From assembly GCF_006345805.1 (NCBI RefSeq), contig NC_043003.1, forward strand, positions 496,001 to 560,000: a stretch of 64,000 nt of DNA, written 5' to 3'. This DNA comes from Octopus sinensis. Taxonomy: Eukaryota. The notes beneath the pieces were generated by a model, which saw nothing but the letters and a program-made list of their open reading frames with translations, had not been told where the DNA came from and did not search any database. Both the position numbers and the translations under genes were made by a program. Below are positions 38,933 through 52,289 of the stretch, piece by piece. How positions within the stretch are numbered: the stretch's first letter is position 1; the number at the start of each line of letters is the position of its first letter.

Positions 38933-41110
38933 TTTATACATGCATTTTGTGCATTTACTCAGTTGTGTATTATATATGATATCTCTAAGACATCATTAGT
39001 ATTTAAGTGTTTAATTAACTTATAGTTTTGTCTCTCTCTCTCTCTTGAATTGATCATCCAGTTAAACTAAACCATTGATGTCAGCAAAGCAGTCCCACAA
39101 CCAATGTGGTTATCTTGAGCCATGGCTTTTGTTAGTTGTAAGAACAATATAAATATATGATATGGAACCAAAATTATTCGACCGTTGATAAAATATTCTC
39201 TAAAAATAATTCCTTCAGAGTTCCTTGTTGGTGCTCCTCTCTTATGTTTCCACCACACATTGACTAGTCAAGTGACTAAAGCCATTTTCTTTCTTATTCC
39301 AACCTTTGTACATACATGCCAAAAATAACCGAAGGTCAACTAACTGCCTCTCTATCTTGGAATTTTTTTCTTAGTCTAGATAAATTGAAATGACTTGGCC
39401 TGTCCCTTCCTGAATCACTGCTAATTGTTCTGCACAGTCAAAAACAGATTAAGTGCAATGTTCTCTGTCTGCTATACAGAAAAATGCATCAAAATATATC
39501 TACTATGGTCTTCAATAAGACCACATGCAAGCCAATGGAAGGGCTTACATGTCCTGATATGCTAGAAATAGCACCCAACTGTCTCAAGTTTTAAAAAAGA
39601 AAAGGAAAGACACATTATAAAATGTCCTGGATATAAAAAGAAAGCTAGAAAGCTCCTGGTTGGATCACCTTTGATCATAGGTTTACTTAATCAGAGATGA
39701 TCTGGTGTTAAACAAATGGAGGAAAGCTTGGCATATGGAGCCTGACTGCCAGTCATAATCAGAGAGGCCTTTCTAAAAGGTAAAAGGTTTCTTTGATTAC
39801 AGATGACAAGCTTTTAATTAACAAAAGTACTTTGAGAGAACTGAAGATTGTATGAAGAAGTTTCTTTGAAACAATTGTTTATAAAACAGTTCTTTCTGCT
39901 CATATTTGTAGCCTTAAACATGTCGAGCTCTCATTGCAAGATCTCTTTTGGCAGACAACTAAAAGTTCAAAATTATTCTTTGGGCTTCACAAGTTGTAAA
40001 TCATTACAGAAAATTGAGATGATTTATATAACAGCTTCCAAATCCCAAATTTCGGTGAGATTTGTAGCTTCTGCAAGTATAGAATCTATCACCTGCTGTG
40101 TTGCTATTGTCTATCAGATTTCAACATTCTGTATGCTAGAATTCTACAAAGAATATCTGCATGCCATTATTATTCTATCCTATTTCTATTCTTTTCTTTA
40201 ACAATAAATTTTAGCTAAAAACATGAGCTGTTACTCGTACATCTGCATAAACCAACTTTGAAAATGTCTGACTTGGAATAGAATCAACCTTAATTTGCCA
40301 ATTCTACCCTCTCCCCTCATTATTATTAATTTAATAATTTAGATTTAAGTATTATACAAATACTAAAATAGTTATTTAGATATTTTAGAACTGGTTATAG
40401 TTTGAGATTGGTTTCTGTGATAAGAAATTATTTCTTGTTTTTTATCAAACAAAGCCTTTTTTTTCAGCTTTTTGAGTCTGAATGTAAAAAAAAAACCCAA
40501 AATATAAACTAAATTAAAAATTATTTTTAACTCTTTAAACATTTTTAACATCAATCATTAGTCAAAGAAATGTTTATTTTTGTTGTTAATGTAGTTTACT
40601 TTTGTTATTTAATATATGTGCTTGTGTGTATGTGTGTGTGTGTATACACACACACACATGTTAGAGGTGAACAGTAAAAGTGTGTATGCAGCACCACATT
40701 GATAAATACTTTCTTTATTTGTGGATATTTTTAACACCACCTCAGCTTTCATTCAGTTCTGGTTAGCAATTTTCAAGTGTTCCACTTAAGGAATAACGAT
40801 AATCCTTCTCTTTTTTGGATTTGGTTGCCAAATCTAAAATCAAAAATCTGCAAATAAGGAACATTTCTAACCGTTGTGTAGCTTTACTTAAGAAACAATA
40901 AATTCTAAGTTAGTCACTTATTTTTCAGTTGTCCAAGTCTAAGACCTTCATTGCTTTATTTAAGACGATTTCTTAGTATTTTGATAAGTCCACCCTGTAG
41001 CCCTTGGCAATTGGTTGGTGCATTATTTAAAGTGAACTACTATCATGCAACTAGTAATCTTTGGACTAACAATTAAAAAAGGCAAAAATTATTCTACTTT
41101 GATTCTACAG

Positions 41111-41155
41111 GACGATGCTGCAGCTGCTGAAGAACGCAGACGGAAAGAAGAAGAG
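41111..41155 (+). CDS. Coding microexon F (45 nt, phase 0-0): DDAAAAEERRRKEEE
   Basis: CTACAG acceptor (AG 41109-41110) and GAG|GTTTGT donor at 41156. E/R/A-rich. Confidence 0.88.
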
Positions 41156-41489
41156 GTTTGTTTATGGTTCCTAATAGACTTGCTGTGAGATTTCTTCTAG
41201 TATAGACTTGGTCTATAGACTTGGTCTATAGACTTCTAAACAAACAATGAACATTTCACAATGGTCTAGCTTCATTTATGGCCATCCTTTATTACTAACT
41301 ACAACATAAAAATATAAATAATAATAATAATAATAATAATTTTGGGTGCAAAAGATTTTAACTTGAAATTCATGTCTTCACCTAAAATGTAAATAAATAA
41401 ATGATATAAATAATAATAATATTAACAACAACAATAATAATAATAAGTAGTAGTAGTAAACAGTGTAAGATCATACACTGTAATTTCCT

Positions 41490-41815
41490 ATCATAAGTCA
41501 ATACCAAAGAAATTGAAAAAAATTGAGAAATATCAGGATTTAACCACAGAGTTAAGAAGACAATTATTTTTGTGGTAATTAATGCATTTGGCACAATACC
41601 CTGAATGCTACCTAAAAGACTGAAAGACATTGGAATTGAGACTTGCATTGTCGACCTGAAGAAAAGTACCCTCCTATCATCATCATCATCATCATCCATA
41701 TTCTGTAAAAATCCTGAAGAAGTTTCTTCAGATTTGAGGAGACTCGTCATCAAACCTCAAAATAAAATACCTGCAAACTAAATTAGCATACACAAGCGTA
41801 ATAATAATAATAATT
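41490..41815 (+). pseudogene. Second RLE-type LINE 3' remnant
   Basis: KEIEKIEKYQDLTTELRR..VVINAFGTIP..LKDIGIETCIVDLKKSTLL with frameshifts; (AAT)n at both ends. Confidence 0.75.
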
Positions 41816-41868
41816 TAAAAGGATTGATGTAACTCTTCACTAAGGTAAATAGACAAGATGAAGAGGTG

Positions 41869-42094
41869 TTTTATTGGTTGAACGATATTTTGACAGCAAA
41901 CTTGTCTTTGTCGAATTCAAAATAAACAGTGATAAAAATTCAAAATTATAGAGATTCAGATCTAAACTCTGGATGCTGGTTGCTCTCGTTCATATTTTAA
42001 ATTTGAATTTCTATAATTTTGAATTTTTATCATGTTTTATTTTCAACTCGACAAAGACAGGCTTGCTGTCGAAATTTCGTTCAGTCAATGAAAT
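41869..42094. mobile_element. Degenerate fold-back element (about 98-bp arms) with HHR-like outer ends
   Basis: 41869-41966 is the reverse complement of 41996-42094 with mismatches; (AAT)n lies nearby on both sides. Confidence 0.7.
42044..42083 (+). ncRNA. HHR-like motif with U3-C4-A8 core (right arm of the 41.9-42.1 kb fold-back)
   Basis: CAAC-TCGACAA(42048-54)-A-GACAG/CTGTC-GAA-ATTT-C-GTTCA. The left arm (41878-41920, minus strand) gives TTGAAT..ATAT-C-GTTCAA, with a 6-bp helix I and palindromic ATAT. Confidence 0.5.
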
Positions 42095-42129
42095 ATCTAT
42101 TACAATCACATCACGCTCTTCAGCCTGTC

Positions 42130-42174
<45 letters not shown>

Positions 42175-45076
42175 TATTTCAAATTTTGGCACAAGGCCAG
42201 CAATTTTAGGCTGGAGTGTAAGTCTATTACATTGACCCCAATGTTCAACAGGTACTTATTTTATTGACCCCAAAAGGATAAAAAGCAAAGTTGAACTCTG
42301 TGGGATTTGAACTCAGAACATAAAGCTTGAAGGAAATGCCACTAAGCATTTTGTCCAATATGCTAATGGTTCTGCCAGATTGCTGCCTTTAATGGTTTCA
42401 AATTTTGGTATGAGGCCAGAAATTTTAAGTAAGGGGAATATATGATTACATTGACCCCAGTGCCCAACGATTCCACAGCTCCTGCAGTAAATTTGTGTCA
42501 GTTGGACAGACTGCTCAGTGGTTTTCTTTCAGTTCTTTACATTTCGAGTTCAAAGTTTGCTGAATTTGAGTTTTTCATCTTTGCTGGGTCGATAAAATCA
42601 GGATGAGGAGTCAGGTGCTGAGGTTGATGTAATGGACTTGCCTCACCATCCCCTAAATATGCTGGTTGATGCCAGGTCCACCTGACTGGCTCCTGTGCTG
42701 GTGGCACATAAAAAGCACCCACTATACTCTCAGTGGTTGGCATTAGGAAGGGCATCCAGCTGTAGAAACATTGCCAGATCAGATTGGAGCCTGGTGCAAC
42801 CTCCTGGTTATCCATCCCTCAGTCAAACCATCCAACCCATGCCAGCATGGAAAACGGATGTTAAAAAAGGATGATGATGATGATGCTCCAAAATTATAAA
42901 GAATTGTTATCTAGTCATAATCCCTTGTCAATTCCTTTGTGAGGTTCAGCATTCTGAGATTAGCTTTCATCACTTCTTTCTAAACAAAATAGAAGTTTTA
43001 AGTGGATATCTCTCCATATAGGTGCAGGCTTGGCTGTGTGATGAAGGAGTTTATTTTCCAACCCCATGGTCTTGGTTTCAGTTCCATTGCATGGTACTTT
43101 GGGCAACGGTTTTCTATTTATAGCCCCAGGCCAGCGAAAGCCTTGTGAATGGATTTGGTTGATGGAAACCGAAAGAAGCCCATTGTGTGTGTGAGTGTTT
43201 GTCCTTGCTTTGATTTCGTGATTGTTGTAAATGGGAGTCCCTGTTATGCAGGCAGTGTCCTTTGTTTCCAGTCTTCCATGAAAACATGTCTGCTCATGGA
43301 GGAATATTATGTTGTTTGGAAACAGGTGGGCATTGGTGACAGTAAGGACATCCAGCTGTAGAAAATCCAACTCTTTATATTCCATCTAACCCATGCAAGC
43401 ATGGAAAAGTGGATGTTAAACTATGATGATATTTTTTGCATATTGGCAGAGTTTTTGTTTTGTTTGTTTTTAGTGTAAATTCAAGCCTTCACACCACTGG
43501 TGGTCAGTTATTTTATCCTTAATCCCTAAGCAGTGAATTTGGTGTCAGATCCTCCTCATTGCCTGACAGGCAGAGCTGGACTTCTTTCAGTATTATGTAG
43601 CTTTCCTCAGTAGCGCTCCACCACAGTCATTGAATGAAAACTTGGTTCATGATTATCTGGTCAGAAGTCCGTTAATATTCCAGAAAATGTGATGCCATAA
43701 TTAAAGGCTAAAAACCATTGACTGAAAATGTTCATTGTGAAATTTTATTTTCTTCCTTTTTTCATTTTATATTCTTTTCTTTCTTCTCCCCTCTTTCTTT
43801 CAACAGATCCCTAAACCATTATTTGGCCAGGCATTTCTTACACTTGAGCAAGTTAAGGATAGAACGAATATTGTTGTTCTGAAACAACTATTTTGATAAT
43901 TCCAAAGGTCAAATGGCAAATATTTATGTTCAATGGAAAAAGTAGCCAGTTGAAAAGAATCTAACAAGACAAGTGATTCTACTAAAACTTGTTCTACAAG
44001 AATAATTTTGTTTTGCTAACCCCTTATTGAGAGTCTGGCATAGAAGCTTTCTCTCTGCACAAATTTTACTAAAAGCCGTTCAGCTGAATAATTTTCTGTG
44101 ATGGCTGAAGCCAGTCATGTTTATTATTTTGGAGCAAATAGCCAAGAAAGAAAACCAGTCCTTAAGAAAGACTGAAGAAACTTGAGAATGGGTTGGGGGG
44201 AAATCTGGAAGTTGCAACAGTTTTCTTGTAGATTCTTTCTCATTACTCTCATCAACAGAACATTTGCTCCAAGTGTCACATGTTGCTGTGCCGCAGAGTC
44301 ACAACATCTGACTCAATAAAGCTTGTGCTTTTGTGTGAGAGTTTTAGTGCCTGCATTTGTGGGTGGTCGCAGGAAAGTCTGCTGTCACAGGGGCTGACGC
44401 ATCTACAAAATTGCTTTATTGCCTGATAGGACATTGACCCCCTTCAGAGATGGACTTGTAGATTACTTACTACATCTGCTTTTAGGGGTCTTTCTGTGCT
44501 GGCCAATTTAATATTAGACAGTCTTGTAGCTTACTAGACCTAGCTTGCTAACCCTAAAAAAAATTAGGGGTCAAGAAGATATAAAACAAACCAACTAAGG
44601 CTAGTTAATTCAACAGATAAGACAAGCAGCTTCATCCCATTAAAATGATGGGCCATTTGCTGCTCTGTTTTTAAATAGAATTTAGAAAGTGGATTAGCTG
44701 TTACCTGGTCAAATCTAGTGGCCATAAGTCAATCAATATTTTACTAATTTCCTTTGTGTGTCTGTGTGTCTAGGTTCACAGTGAAACCATTCCTAGAATT
44801 TTCCGGTTTTGTCCTACTCTTCTTCCAGGTTTGATCTCTGACCGCACCAACATCTTCTTAATATTCACAGGTTTTTTTAATTCTGCCACACAATTACTTT
44901 TCTTTTCTTCCAGGTGTGACTCCTTATTTTCCTCATCTCCCCTTTTCTCTCTCTCACTTTATCCCTTATTCTTTTGTATATATATTACCCTTTCCTTTTT
45001 GCACTTTCATTTTTCTTTTCTGCATGAACCTCAGTACTAGTTTTATATCCTCCTATTTTCTCATTTACATGCAAAT

Positions 45077-45113
<37 letters not shown>

Positions 45114-45135
45114 CATAATTTTATAGGCACATGCA

Positions 45136-45297
45136 CACCATATTTACTCATGCATAAGTCACACTATTTGGTAAGATATAAACTGACAAAACTGGAGTGT
45201 AACTTATACATGGACCAAAGCTAAAACTTTGAACAAAAAAAAATGTACCAACATTTAACACTAAATATCGGGTGTGCCTTACACATGAATAAATACA

Positions 45298-45298
<1 letters not shown>
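45136..45298. mobile_element. Tc1/mariner(pogo)-type MITE; related copies at about 29172-29360 and 28803-28908
   Basis: Termini CACCATATTTACTCATGCATAAGTCACAC / GTGTGCCTTACACATGAATAAATACAAT; interior ..AAAACT..TTTAACACTAAA.. shared by the three copies. Confidence 0.65.
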
Positions 45299-45373
<75 letters not shown>

Positions 45374-45851
45374 GTATATATATATGTATATATATATATA
45401 TATATGTATATATATGTATATATATGTATATATATGGCAATGCACTGCTCAGCTTTTAGCAGCTGTGTCGTCCATTGTCGTGTTTCTTAGATAAGTTCTT
45501 CAACTCTGTTTTGTTTCTCTGATTTGCTTTTATGTCTAGTTAAGAAAACCACTTATCAATTTGTTTAATCCTACAACACTTGTATTCTTCCTCTTGTATT
45601 TTGTTTCTTCTTCTTTTTTTCCCTTCCAGGTGTGGTTCTCCCTCTCTTTATGTCCTCTTCTCCCTCAATATCTCCCCTTTGTTTGCACTTTTGAACTTGC
45701 ATGAATTCCAGAGTTGTTCAAACAAACTAGACTGAGATTTTCTTTAAGTTGTTGCTAAGAAAAATCAGACCAAGTAGTTCTGGTCTGTTTTTTCTATCAT
45801 ATATATAATATATATAGTGGTTGTTAAGACAAAAATAGTCCAAGGAATATA

Positions 45852-45883
<32 letters not shown>

Positions 45884-45920
45884 CATAGTTGTTGCTAAGA
45901 CAAAATAGACCAAGATGTTT

Positions 45921-46031
<111 letters not shown>

Positions 46032-47035
46032 TGGTTGTTGCTAAAGCAAAATAGACCAAGATTTGTTTTTTTCCTTTTCTTTAGCTTTTCCTGTCCATTA
46101 GCTTCTATGTTATTGTTTTTGATGATCTTCATATTTTTCTCTCTGACAGTCTGTCAATAATGTCTATCTTGTCCATTGTCTACCAAAATTACAGACAGTG
46201 CAGATACAAGGCACTGTGCATTTGGATTAATGCACTTTATCTATGTAACGATGGTAAAACACTAACACACACACACACACACGCACACACACACACACGG
46301 ACATACTAGCAGGAATTATTTTTTTGATTTTTACAAGTTCAGTTAGTTAACTGAGACTAGGTTTTAAATTTGGTTTCTTGAAAAGACAAATAAGTAAATC
46401 AATATATAAATAAAGGGGGCATGAATTACGACTTCACATAATTCTATGATTATGTGAGTAATTATATTTGTGTCTACAGCTGTGTCAGTTTGTCTGATTG
46501 TATATGACCTTCAGTATATCTTGAAACTGTATCTATGAGTCTTTGATTTTCTTGCATATGTGCACTCTTTTGCTTGCATGTATATATGTATGTATATTTG
46601 CATGTATACAAAAACTGGCCACACATTTGGTGAAATGGTGAAGATTTTTACTCCACAAGTGTAAGGGCTCTCATTTGATCCTACTTCACAGCCATTTATG
46701 CAAATGTATTCCACTACAACCTCTTTTACGAGTAAATTCGTTGGGGGATAGAAAGAGTGCTGCTACTCACTGGAGAAACTGTGCCTGTAATTGAAGGGAC
46801 CAGTTTTGTTACATGCTGTAGCATGATGATTCTGCTTAAGGATCACATTACAAGTACAAGAGTCTGTAGAATTCTCAGCCACTTGTATGAGTTCAGATGA
46901 ATGAATAACCAATGAAAAATCTGTTGATGATTTTAACAATTATTTCCCTCGATTTATTTTCTGTCATTTTCCTTTCCAATGTTTGCCATCATTGTTTATC
47001 ATAAGTTAAAATTCTGTTGCTCTCATCTTTCGCAG

Positions 47036-47107
47036 GATGCTGCTGCTGCTGCTGCTGCAGCCGAAGCTGCTGCTGCTGAAGAAGAAAAGAGGCGACAAGA
47101 AAATGAG
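47036..47107 (+). CDS. Coding exon G (72 nt, phase 0-0): DAAAAAAAAEAAAAEEEKRRQENE
   Basis: TCTTTCGCAG acceptor (AG 47034-47035) and GAG|GTTTGT donor at 47108. Lies within supplied ORF 46979-47239. Confidence 0.88.
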
Positions 47108-47509
47108 GTTTGTATTATTATTATTATTATTATTATTGTATTGTTGATGTTTTTGCTTTTCATTATTTTGTGGTTTGAAAAAAAAAATGAAGTACCATTC
47201 AAGTACTTCAGATGTCTTATTATAGAAAGGATATTCTGAGCTTTGGTAAATATTTGAAGCTAGAATCATATTTGTCTGTGTTTTTAAGAATGTCAGCTGA
47301 AGTGTTATTAGTTTGGTAGACTATTTTCCACTGAAGATTGGTCTAGAACCCAAACAACTGAAGAAAGTCAAAACCAGTCCAAGGAGCTCATTTCAAAGGG
47401 TGTCCAGCTGTACAAAAACCATGTCAAAGTTGATGTGGCCTTGTGGGTCACTGGATCTTTCCAAACCGTCCAACCCATTTCTCATAACTTTGCTATTAGA
47501 ATGTTTAGT

Positions 47510-48035
47510 CTGAATGGTGTGACTGAGAAGACCCGGCAAGGAAAGTGAGATCACAGCCGTGGCCTACACCAGTGTTGCATAAGCAACCCATTTAAAAAGT
47601 ACCTTTGAATCATCAGGTGACATGCCATGCTTGAGGAGACCTATGGAGTTAAGGAAAATCAAAATCAAAATCAAATGGGAATTGTAGTTGTGGCCGATAC
47701 CACTGCTGGTGGCACATGATAAGCACCATTCATTCATGCGTGCGTTACTGCCAGAGCTGCGTGACTGGCTCCCCATGCTGGTGGCATGTAAAAAGCACCA
47801 TCTGAATGTGATCAAGGCTAGCCACCCCCTGCCCTGACTGGCTCCTCTGCCAGTGGCACATAAAAGGCACCCACTACACTCTTGGAGTGGTTGGCATTAG
47901 GAAGGACATCCAGCTGTAGAAACCTTGCCAGATCAGATTGGAGCCTGGTGTAGCCTCCTGGCTTGCCAGTCCCCAGTCAAACCGTCCAACCCATGCCAGC
48001 ATGGAAAATGGACGTTGAATGATGATGATGATGAT
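47510..48035 (+). mobile_element. RTE-related non-autonomous element with (GAT)n tail. Many copies: about 1020-1440 -, 2070-2440 -, 2540-2830 -, 30735-30935 +, 31060-31250 +, 36430-36700 +, 42690-42885 +, 49200-49400 +, 50140-50445 -, 51230-51400 +, 52785-52925 +
   Basis: Shared GGTTGGCATTAGGAAGGGCATCCAGCTGTAGAAAC and CCAACCCATGCCAGCATGGAAAA..CGTTAAACGATGATGAT tail. Confidence 0.85.
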
Positions 48036-50509
48036 CTTAGTCTGTGTAGGATAGCTGCAACAGGTTTTGATGAGATAGATGGACCAGTTAGTATTTCACA
48101 CATCATCATCATCATTATCGTTAAACATCCGTTTTCAATGCTGGAATGGATTCGATGGTTTGGCAGAAGCTAGCAAGGTCAAGTGCTGCTTCAGGTCGTT
48201 TTGGCGTTGAGGACTAGAATTAGTTGTCTTGCTAGATTTGTGGCTCTTCAGGAAAAACAAGAATTCATTTACTAGATAGATGAACTAATTTCCTGATGAG
48301 AAGTGAAATTAATCCATGAAAAAGATGGATTTAGTTTGTTCCACTGAAAATTGGTGTTAGAAACTCTTTCAGATAGAATGGTTATTATTCTTGTGAGAAT
48401 ACAGGATTAATTCACACGGCTCAGTTGCTATTAAACTAATGAAGATAAAGTCTAGTATAGCATGAATGCCTAAATTTATCCTCTTTTATGCTCACCTTTT
48501 TATACCTTTGGTGTTTGCTCTGGTACCCTTTCACTATCATCTTTATTTTCTTCCCAGCTACTTCCATCCACCTTTATAAAATGCAGTGTGGCCGTATGCC
48601 TTCTGTATTATATACCATGATTAACCAGATTTATTCTCTCTTATGCTCACCTCTGTACTCCTTGAGGAAGGCTTTGCTCTGGTGCACCATCTCATCTTCC
48701 CAACAACTCCCACCCTCTCTTATAAAATATGGGTTAGCTATGTATCTCCTCTATAGCAAGATACCTGTGCTTGTACACCTACCATACTTTAGCCTTCAAC
48801 ACCTGGCATAAAGCCACCTTCCCTTCCCTCCAATGCACCTCCACTCAGTTGAGGCTGCTTCTCTTTTTCCTTTTCTTGTTTGTTTCCAGTTCTTCAAAGT
48901 ACTTGGCAATCTTATTCACACCGGCAGCACAATAAACGTACTTTGTAAAATGGTTGGCATTAGGAAGGGTATCCAGCTGTAAAAACCATACCAAAGCTGA
49001 TAGTGTAACTTGACACAGCCCTGTGGCTTTCCAGATCCTGTCAAACTGCCAGCAAGGAAAATGAATGCTAGACGATAATGGTGGTGGTGGTGGTGGTGGT
49101 GGTTGTGGTGGTGGTGGTGGTGGTGGTAGTGGTAGTGGTGGTGGTGGTGGTAGTGGTGGTGTTGTTGATGATGATGATGGTACCAGTTTACATCAGGATG
49201 ACTTTGATGCTGGTGTCACATAAAAAGCACCCATACCCTCTGTAAAGGGGTTGGCATTAGGAAGGGCATCCAGTCATAAAAAAAACCTTGGCAAAACACA
49301 CAAAGGAGTCTGATGCAACCCTTGGCCTTACCGGCTCTTGTCAAACTGTCCAACCCATACCAACATGCAAAATGGACATTAAATGAGGATGACGATGGTG
49401 ACAGCAGCGTTAATGACGTTGACTTATATTTCATTACAATCAACTGGTTTCATGCCAGATTAAACCAGATTGGCTAATTTTACCATGGTTTAACTACCTT
49501 TACCATGATTGACTAATTTCACACTAGTTTACACCAGTTTTAGCTAGTTTTACCCAGAAGATTCATTCCAGGTTCCTGTAGCTTTCAATACACCAAAATA
49601 GCTTCTTGATAATATATAAATAATGGGTTCATTATTTTAGGGTGAAACTTGGTACATTTGATTATTTCTAGTATTTTGATAAAATGGAGTGTAAAGGAAA
49701 TAAAAAAAAAAAAGATATTAATGATAAAACAACGAAGGCAAAGATAGCAGAGCAGATATTATAAGAGCAGGCGGGGGGGACCCCATCAACAAAGCATTCC
49801 TGTTCAGGGATTTCACAAATATTATCTTAGTATTAGAGATTGTTTGAAGAGAGAACAGCTGCTGACGGATAAATAGAAGTAAAAAATAAATCTACATTTC
49901 CAATTTGTGAAGCGAGATTTTATTGAGATTAAGATTATGCTACACAGATATTGTTTTACTGGTTTTAGTCACTGAACTGTGGCCATGCCGGGGCACCACT
50001 TGTGAGGGTCAGTCGATTATATCAACTCTTGTGCTCATTTCTCTTTTGTACTTATTTAGCCAAATTCTATTTAATGAATGCTTAAGTTAGCTTTTGGCCA
50101 CAACACCAGGTTTTGTACTTATATATATATAATCACCATCATCATCATTGGAAAATGTCTGCCTTCCATGCAGGCATGGGTTGGACAATTTGACAGGAGC
50201 TGACCAGCCAAGCAGAAGACTACTCCAGGTTACGGTGTCTGTTTTGGCCAGGTTCTTACAGCTGGAAGCTCTTCCTAATACCAGCCACTCTGCAGAGTTT
50301 TAAAGCTGGATGCCCTTCCAAATGCCAACCACTTTATAGTGTGGACTGGATGCTTTTTACGTGCCACTGGCATGGGCCAGAGGAGGCTGGCAACAGCCAC
50401 AATCGGTTGGTGCTTTTTATGTACCACCAGTACGGGGATCACAACTACAATTTCCATTTTTTCTATTATTTACATTTGATGGATATTTGTCCTCATCTCG
50501 TTTGTTGTT

Positions 50510-50555
50510 AAAACAATGTTTTGGCTGATATACCCTCCAGCCTTCATCAGGTGTC
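50510..50555 (-). ncRNA. HHR motif, same family, G12A and ACAT (likely inactive)
   Basis: Reverse complement reads GACAC-CTGATGA-A-GGCTG..CAGCC-AAA-ACAT-T-GTTTT. Confidence 0.6.
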
Positions 50556-50856
50556 TTGGGGAAATTTCGAACCTGGGTTCTCATTCCTAAGGTATTTTTC
50601 GATGTTATTATTATTATTATTGTTATCGTTCAGGTCACTGCTTGGAATCGAACTCGGAATCTTAATCACTATGCCGTATGCCCGTGGGCATACGGCGTAG
50701 TGGTTAAGATCACGGGCTACTAACCCCAAGATTCCAAGCTTGATTCCAAGCAGTGACCTGAACAATAACAATAATGATGAGGATGATGATGACAACGATG
50801 ATGATAACATAGAAAAATACCTTAGGAATGAGAACCCACGTTTGAAATTACCCCAA

Positions 50857-50902
50857 GACACCTGATGAAGGCTGGAGGGTGTATCAGTCGAAACGTTGTG
50901 TT
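50857..50902 (+). ncRNA. Minimal HHR motif in the tRNA-headed element, core intact
   Basis: GACAC-CTGATGA(50862-68)-A-GGCTG..CAGTC-GAA-ACGT-T-GTGTT. Palindromic ACGT helix III; GUU triplet, predicted cut after 50897. Confidence 0.8.
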
Positions 50903-52082
50903 AACAACAAACAAGATGAGGACAAATATCCGTCAAATGTAAATAACGTACAATTTCCATTTGATTTTCATTTTGATGTTGAAGTACTTGACTCAATAGG
51001 TTTCCTCAAGCATAGCAGGTTGCCCTATGATCCAAGGTACTTTTGAATGGGCTGGGGCTGGTTTTGCGAAACTAGTGTAGGATACATGAACTCACTTTAT
51101 TTACCGGGTCTTCACAGTTATGGTATAAGGTTTCTCAGCTTTAATTAAATAATATTTTGCTCTACTTTTTTGGTATTTGAGTGCTATTTTTACTACCTTG
51201 TTTTGCATCTATGTGCTTGTGTCTATAGAAACTCTGTAAAGTGGTTGGCGTTAGGAAGGGTATCCAGCTGTAGAAACCATGACAAAACGGACACTGGAAC
51301 CTGGGCAGCTCTTCAGGTGGCCACTTCCTGTCAAACTATCCAACCCATGCCAGCGTGGAAAACAGACATTTAATGGTGATGATGATGATGATGATGATGA
51401 TATATATGTACACACTCATTCGTATCCACACATTTACGAAATCTGTTAATGGTTATTCTTCAAGATTTACATAGCTTCTTTCATTTTATTTGAAGAAATT
51501 AAAAAAACTGATCTCTCTTTAGTTTTCAAATTGTCTCTCTTTAGTTCTTACTCTCTCTTTAGTTTTCTCTCTTCAGTTCTAATTGTCACTCTAGTTTTTA
51601 CTCTCTCTCTTTCTGTCTCTCTCTCTCTCTCTCTCTCTTTAATTCCCATTATCTCTTCTGGTTTTACTACCCCTCTCTTTCTCTCTTCTTCTTTCCCTCC
51701 TTGTAGTTCTGTCTCTCACTTTCCCTATAGTCCCCATTGTGCTTCCATCATTCTCTCTCTCTTTTCCAATTTTCCATTACTGAACAACAATTAATTATAA
51801 GCCAGAGCTTCAAACACTTGTTAGATTCATTAGTCTAAGGTGTCTGTCACTGATGAGACTAAACAACATTGAAACAACAGCTGTCTCAGAGTCCCTTGCA
51901 CTAATGGGTGTGTCATGAAAACAGATTTGACATAAAAGAGAAATTATTAGTATATTCACGTTTGAATCTCCCTGATTGCGTTAGGAATGATCATAGAATG
52001 TTTTGTATTAGTTTTCTGTTCATTTTCTGTGTGTTTCGTTTCTGCTTTACTCATGGTTCAAAAACTGGTCGATTGCATTTAG

Positions 52083-52262
52083 GAACGCCGAAAGAAGGAA
52101 GCCGAGGAAAGGGAACGCCGAGAAGCAGAAGAGGCTCAAAGAAAGATCGAAGAAGAAAAACGTGCTGCCGAAGATGCTGTAAGACGACAGGCAGAAGAAG
52201 AACAGCAGAAGAAAGAGGAAGAAGAACGCAAGAAAAGAGAAGCAGAAGAAAGACGCAAAAGG
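52083..52262 (+). CDS. Coding exon H (180 nt, phase 0-0), ER/K single-alpha-helix segment ERRKKEAEERERREAEEAQRKIEEEKRAAEDAVRRQAEEEQQKKEEEERKKREAEERRKR; troponin-I N-terminal extension or caldesmon-like (inferred)
   Basis: TTTAG acceptor (AG 52081-52082) and AGG|GTAAGG donor at 52263. 60 codons with no Pro or Gly and alternating E and R/K blocks typical of SAH domains. Exon is high confidence; product identity about 0.45. Confidence 0.92.
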
Positions 52263-52289
52263 GTAAGGAATCGGAAATTTAAAAGTGGA

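Larger units (their letters stand above)
50460..50948. mobile_element. Head-to-head inverted dimer of the tRNA-headed HHR element, with 14-bp TSD
   Basis: Minus copy about 50467-50683 and plus copy 50686-50946 meet at GCCC-GT-GGGC. TACAATTTCCATTT flanks both sides (50446-59 and 50949-62). Confidence 0.85.

Noticed and set aside
50686-50760. Functional tRNA genes (here and at other SINE heads)
   Set aside because: A- and B-boxes are present but acceptor stems are not complementary and they run into repeat bodies; these are SINE heads.
51846-51890. CTGATGA..GAAACAACAGCTGTC resembling the 1878 HHR
   Set aside because: Helix II and helix I do not pair; at most a heavily decayed relic.
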